Under the pieces are notes generated by a model. The model was not told the DNA's origin and ran no database searches. It saw only the letters and a program-made list of their open reading frames with translations. The position numbers and the translations under genes were made by a program. A stretch of DNA of 64,000 nt from Camelus ferus (lineage: Eukaryota), in contig NC_045704.1 in assembly GCF_009834535.1 (NCBI RefSeq), positions 76,260,001-76,324,000 on the forward strand, in the 5' to 3' direction. Positions 60,626-64,000 of this stretch are shown here, one piece after another; the stretch's first letter is position 1, and every line of letters starts with the position of its first letter.

Positions 60626-62291
60626 CGCTGGTGCTGCACTGGAAAAATCCAGTGATGATAAGCACTAAGGCAATTTTGAAATCACTTCTGGGAGCTGGGA
60701 GCTGGCTGGGGACAGCAGGATAGAAGAGCAGAGAAACCCAGCATTTGCTTGCCTTGGGACTTGAATGAATGGGGACTGGAGTATGTTCTCTCTGTTGGGA
60801 ATAGGACCAGGGGATAATTCTAAATGTTTCCAAGGGAGGAACAGTCTTCACTGACTAGCAGTAGGATGTCAGCCCCTGGAGCCCCTGACTCTGGGCACCC
60901 ACAGCCCCATGAGCGTGTGGTGCCAGGTGAGGAGGTAAAGCAGTGGTGCTGCCAGGTGTTACCAGGGCGCTAGGATGCAGTTAAACACAGAGGACCTGGC
61001 TTATCCCACAGCACACCTTGAACAATTTAGAATAAATTCTCGGAGAAAGGTATATTGTTTCCAGTGGAGAACTTTACAAATAAGCTTTCTGATGTGTGCT
61101 TCTCACCCCCCAAAAAAAAGAGTATCCAGGCAGGATCAGATATCCTACCAAACCATCTTTTTAAGCTGAAAATTATGTGGTTGTATTGTGCCATTAAAGG
61201 TAATTTAAAGAAAATGGGTATTTAATTTAAAGATCATTTCTGGCAGGGCTGAGCTCTGGCTCCACCAGCATTTGAAGCTATTATATAAACCAGGAAAATC
61301 AGAACCGCGGCCATCTCGTCTATTAATGGTCCAGGCACTTGTGCCTTTTCTCTCATGCTCTTTGATATTTGCTATTTCCTTTATTTGGACCAAAAGGAGA
61401 AAAAGCTTAGTCGCAGAAATAGAGCATGCCACACTTGAATTCAGTGGAGCTTTTTGGGAAGAAAAAAAGAAAAAGGAGAGCCTTCCGAGGCAAAATGATA
61501 AATGGCTAATAAGAAACAGGGGTGCCTAGGGGCTGGCGAGGAGGGGCTGACCTCATGCTGGAGAATTCAGGATTCCGAGATAGGTAGCTGCTGCCTGTAC
61601 CCTTGAAGGAGGAGCTATTGATTCAGTTTTAAGGAAAACAGGTTGATTCCTGGGCCCTGGTGGATGTGGGGCAGCGGCTTCTCTGAGCCTGCCACGCCCA
61701 GCGACCTTCACACGGGGCCGCAGCAAGAACAATGGAGAGGCAACACTCCTAAATTAGTCGCTGGGGCTGTTTGATTTGTTTCTGTGCCAGATGTTTCCTC
61801 GTTGATCCCTGCCTGGCCCATATGTCCTCCGTGAACAAGAGAGCAAGCAGAGCCAGCGGCCACCACTTCAGAAGCAGCCACCAGAGCAGGCTAATGGAGC
61901 CCTTGGCAGGAGGTTACCGCCTGATTGGCTCTCCCCCGTTTCTCTTGGAGATCAAGGGCGTTATGCAGACAGCACACCTGCCCACTCCCGTGGCCGGGCT
62001 CAGGGCGGCCAGGCAGCCTTGATTCCCACTGAGCTCCGGTGAGCGCCCCAGAGCCCCTCAGCTGTGTCCCCTCCCCTCCCCTCGTTTCATCTCCTTCAGG
62101 AGAAGCCTCTGTGGAATTCAGTAAAGAACCATTGCCACAGTTCAAAGTGGGGCCCGATCTGGCCAAGCAGGTTTTCTGTTCCCACTAGCAATACCCATCT
62201 GCTGTCGCCTGTGCTGAGGATGTTGGGGGGAGAAGGGGGAACTCTGCCACCTTCTAAACAAAGGGTGGAGAGGGATTGCCATTTTATTTTC

Positions 62292-62670
62292 CATTTTTTT
62301 CCGTCAAAGTATATGCACGTGGCCAACAGGCACATGAAAAAATGCTCAGTGTTGCTAATTATCAGAGAAATGCAAATCAAAACTACGATGAAGTATCACC
62401 TCACACCAGTCAGAATGGTCATCATGAAAAGTCCGCAAATGACAAATGCTGGAGAGGCTGTGGAGAAAAGGGAGCCCTCCTACACTGTTGGGAATGTAGT
62501 TTGATGCAGCCACTGTGGAAAACAGTATGGAGATTCCTCTAAAAACTAGAAATACTCTAATCATATGATCCAGCAATCTCACTCCTGGGCACATATCCAG
62601 AGAGAACTCTAATTTGAAAAGATACATGCACCCCAATGTTCATAGCAGCACTATTTACAACAGCCAGGAC
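62292..62670 (+). pseudogene. L1 ORF2 C-terminal fragment (decayed), flanked by a degenerate TSD
   Basis: Encodes ANRHMKKCSVLLIIREMQIKTTMKYHLTPVRMVI...[15 protein letters not shown] and YMHPNVHSSTIYNSQD, typical of the L1 ORF2 Cys-rich/C-terminal region, with frameshifts. Confidence 0.92.
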
Positions 62671-62829
62671 AGGGATTATCATTTTAAACTGGCAGGTGGA
62701 GGCAAGAGACTTGGGGAGTTGGCTCGGTTTGTCCTTCGTATCCACAAGAACTTCACTGTGGTTGTAAAAGGCAAAAACATCTTCCCCAGTGTCTCACAAG
62801 GCCTTTAAGGGACATCTCTTCCATCTGCC

Positions 62830-63181
62830 CACTTCACTCTCTTCTTTTGGAGTATCTGCCTCCCCCTCTTCTTGGGCACCTTTCTCATGCTGGCCAGGCA
62901 AAAGAATTTCTCCTGCAGTTTTCAAATCAGAACTGGGCCAAGAGTCAGTCCCTGCTCCAGGAGTGGGAGCTGTGGGATGTGAGTCTCACTGCAGACACCC
63001 CAGCAGTGGGCCAGCCCATTCCCAGCCAGCGGCCCCTGAGACCTCTGCCCTTCCTGTTCAGCTTTCTGATCCTTCTTCAATTACAGAGGATATTCCCATA
63101 TCCTACCCAGTAAATTACTATTTTTGCCAAAGCCATTTTGGGTTTCTGTCCTTGAATCTAGAAGAGTCCTGAGAAATAAAT
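62830..63181 (+). mobile_element. MLT1-type LTR 3' portion
   Basis: Ends cccagtaaattactatttttgccaaagccattttgggtttctgtccttgaatctagaagagtcctgagaaata, the typical MLT1 3' terminus. Confidence 0.65.
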
Positions 63182-64000
63182 GGATCACATCAGATGGAAA
63201 CAGGACAGTACCCTGAATCACCATGTTTTTGAGAGCCAACTCTCTGATTAACCGATCTGCCAAAAATCAATTCCTCACATAATCTATTTGCTGGGAGACC
63301 TAGTCACAAAGCTGAGGATTTCCCCAGGCTTTGGTTTAGCCATGGCTCCTCCTGAGGCTGTTACTTTAATTTCTAGCTATAGAGTCACATCAGACTCTTC
63401 TAAGTTGAATGTCAATTTCCTATGGAATTTACATCTTAAATGGCCAGGATGTTTTGAAAGGTAGAAGCTTTATACGCAATGGATGACTTTCCCTTAAATA
63501 TAGTTGGCCACCTTTCTAGTTTGAAACCTTATACCTCTATGTCTGCTCATTGTCTACTGTTCCTCTCTTGTGCCCCATCTTTACCCATGCCCACAAAATG
63601 TCTGTGACGAAATGTTTGAGATCCAGCTAAAGAATGTATCTGAACAATTTTAGTAATATGACCGTCCAGAGTTGTGAATAATTTACTTTCAATAATGTAC
63701 TTTCAACCCGACCAAGATCCCAGTCCAATGCCTCACCACCAAGGATAGGCTGGAAAAAATGAATCCAACATTTAGCTTTCATCTGCTCCTTTACCCTTCC
63801 TGTTCACTAGACCAGTTCATTTACCCTAGAGTAGATCTCCCCAACCTGCAGGACAAACTCTGAGCCCCTGCTCTGCAGGGTCTGTACTGTTGCTTTGGGA
63901 AGGGCCTTGGCTCCCTCTTAGTCTGGGCCATGTGATTACAATACTCACGCCCTCATTATAGCTGGTACTTCTTCCACAGCACATCAGTCAGCTGCATGAA

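Noticed and set aside
1-64000. Most ORFs of 60-160 aa in the six-frame track
   Set aside because: No recognisable domains; many start at GTG/TTG, overlap TEs or run through N gaps. This density is expected in mammalian non-coding DNA.
1-64000. CRISPR arrays, operons, rRNA, snRNA/snoRNA/miRNA genes, NUMTs
   Set aside because: None seen; the window is mammalian intronic, UTR and intergenic DNA. Small RNA genes cannot be fully excluded without an Rfam/Infernal search.

Overview
Mammalian genomic DNA, most likely a camelid: it carries a tRNA-Ala-derived SINE of the camelid vic-1 type and artiodactyl-type L1 3' ends, and I saw no Alu, B1, BovA/BovB or PRE1 elements. The only protein-coding sequence I can support is the terminal coding exon of NTNG1 (netrin-G1) on the + strand (20962-21212: last EGF-like module plus GPI-anchor signal), which sits in a CpG island. 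Bases 1-20961 are the distal part of the long last intron (no upstream NTNG1 exon recognised). About 21.2-24 kb or further is 3' UTR, and the rest is intergenic DNA dense in MIR, L2, MaLR/ERV LTRs, hAT/Tigger DNA transposons and a few younger L1/SINE insertions. There are five N gaps of 132-217 nt. The short ORFs in the track are almost all noise. I found no novel multi-gene system. The best leads are: (1) a (CTG)7-driven, proline-interrupted lengthening of the netrin-G1 GPI signal; (2) unusual retrotransposition footprints (a tail-only insertion with a 17-bp TSD, an inverted L1 fragment between TSDs, and a possible 3' transduction); (3) an orphan CpG island at about 53.1 kb; (4) several repeat-free transcription-factor motif clusters. 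Repeat family names and human comparisons are from memory of consensus sequences, not from a database search, and repeat boundaries are approximate unless a TSD is quoted.
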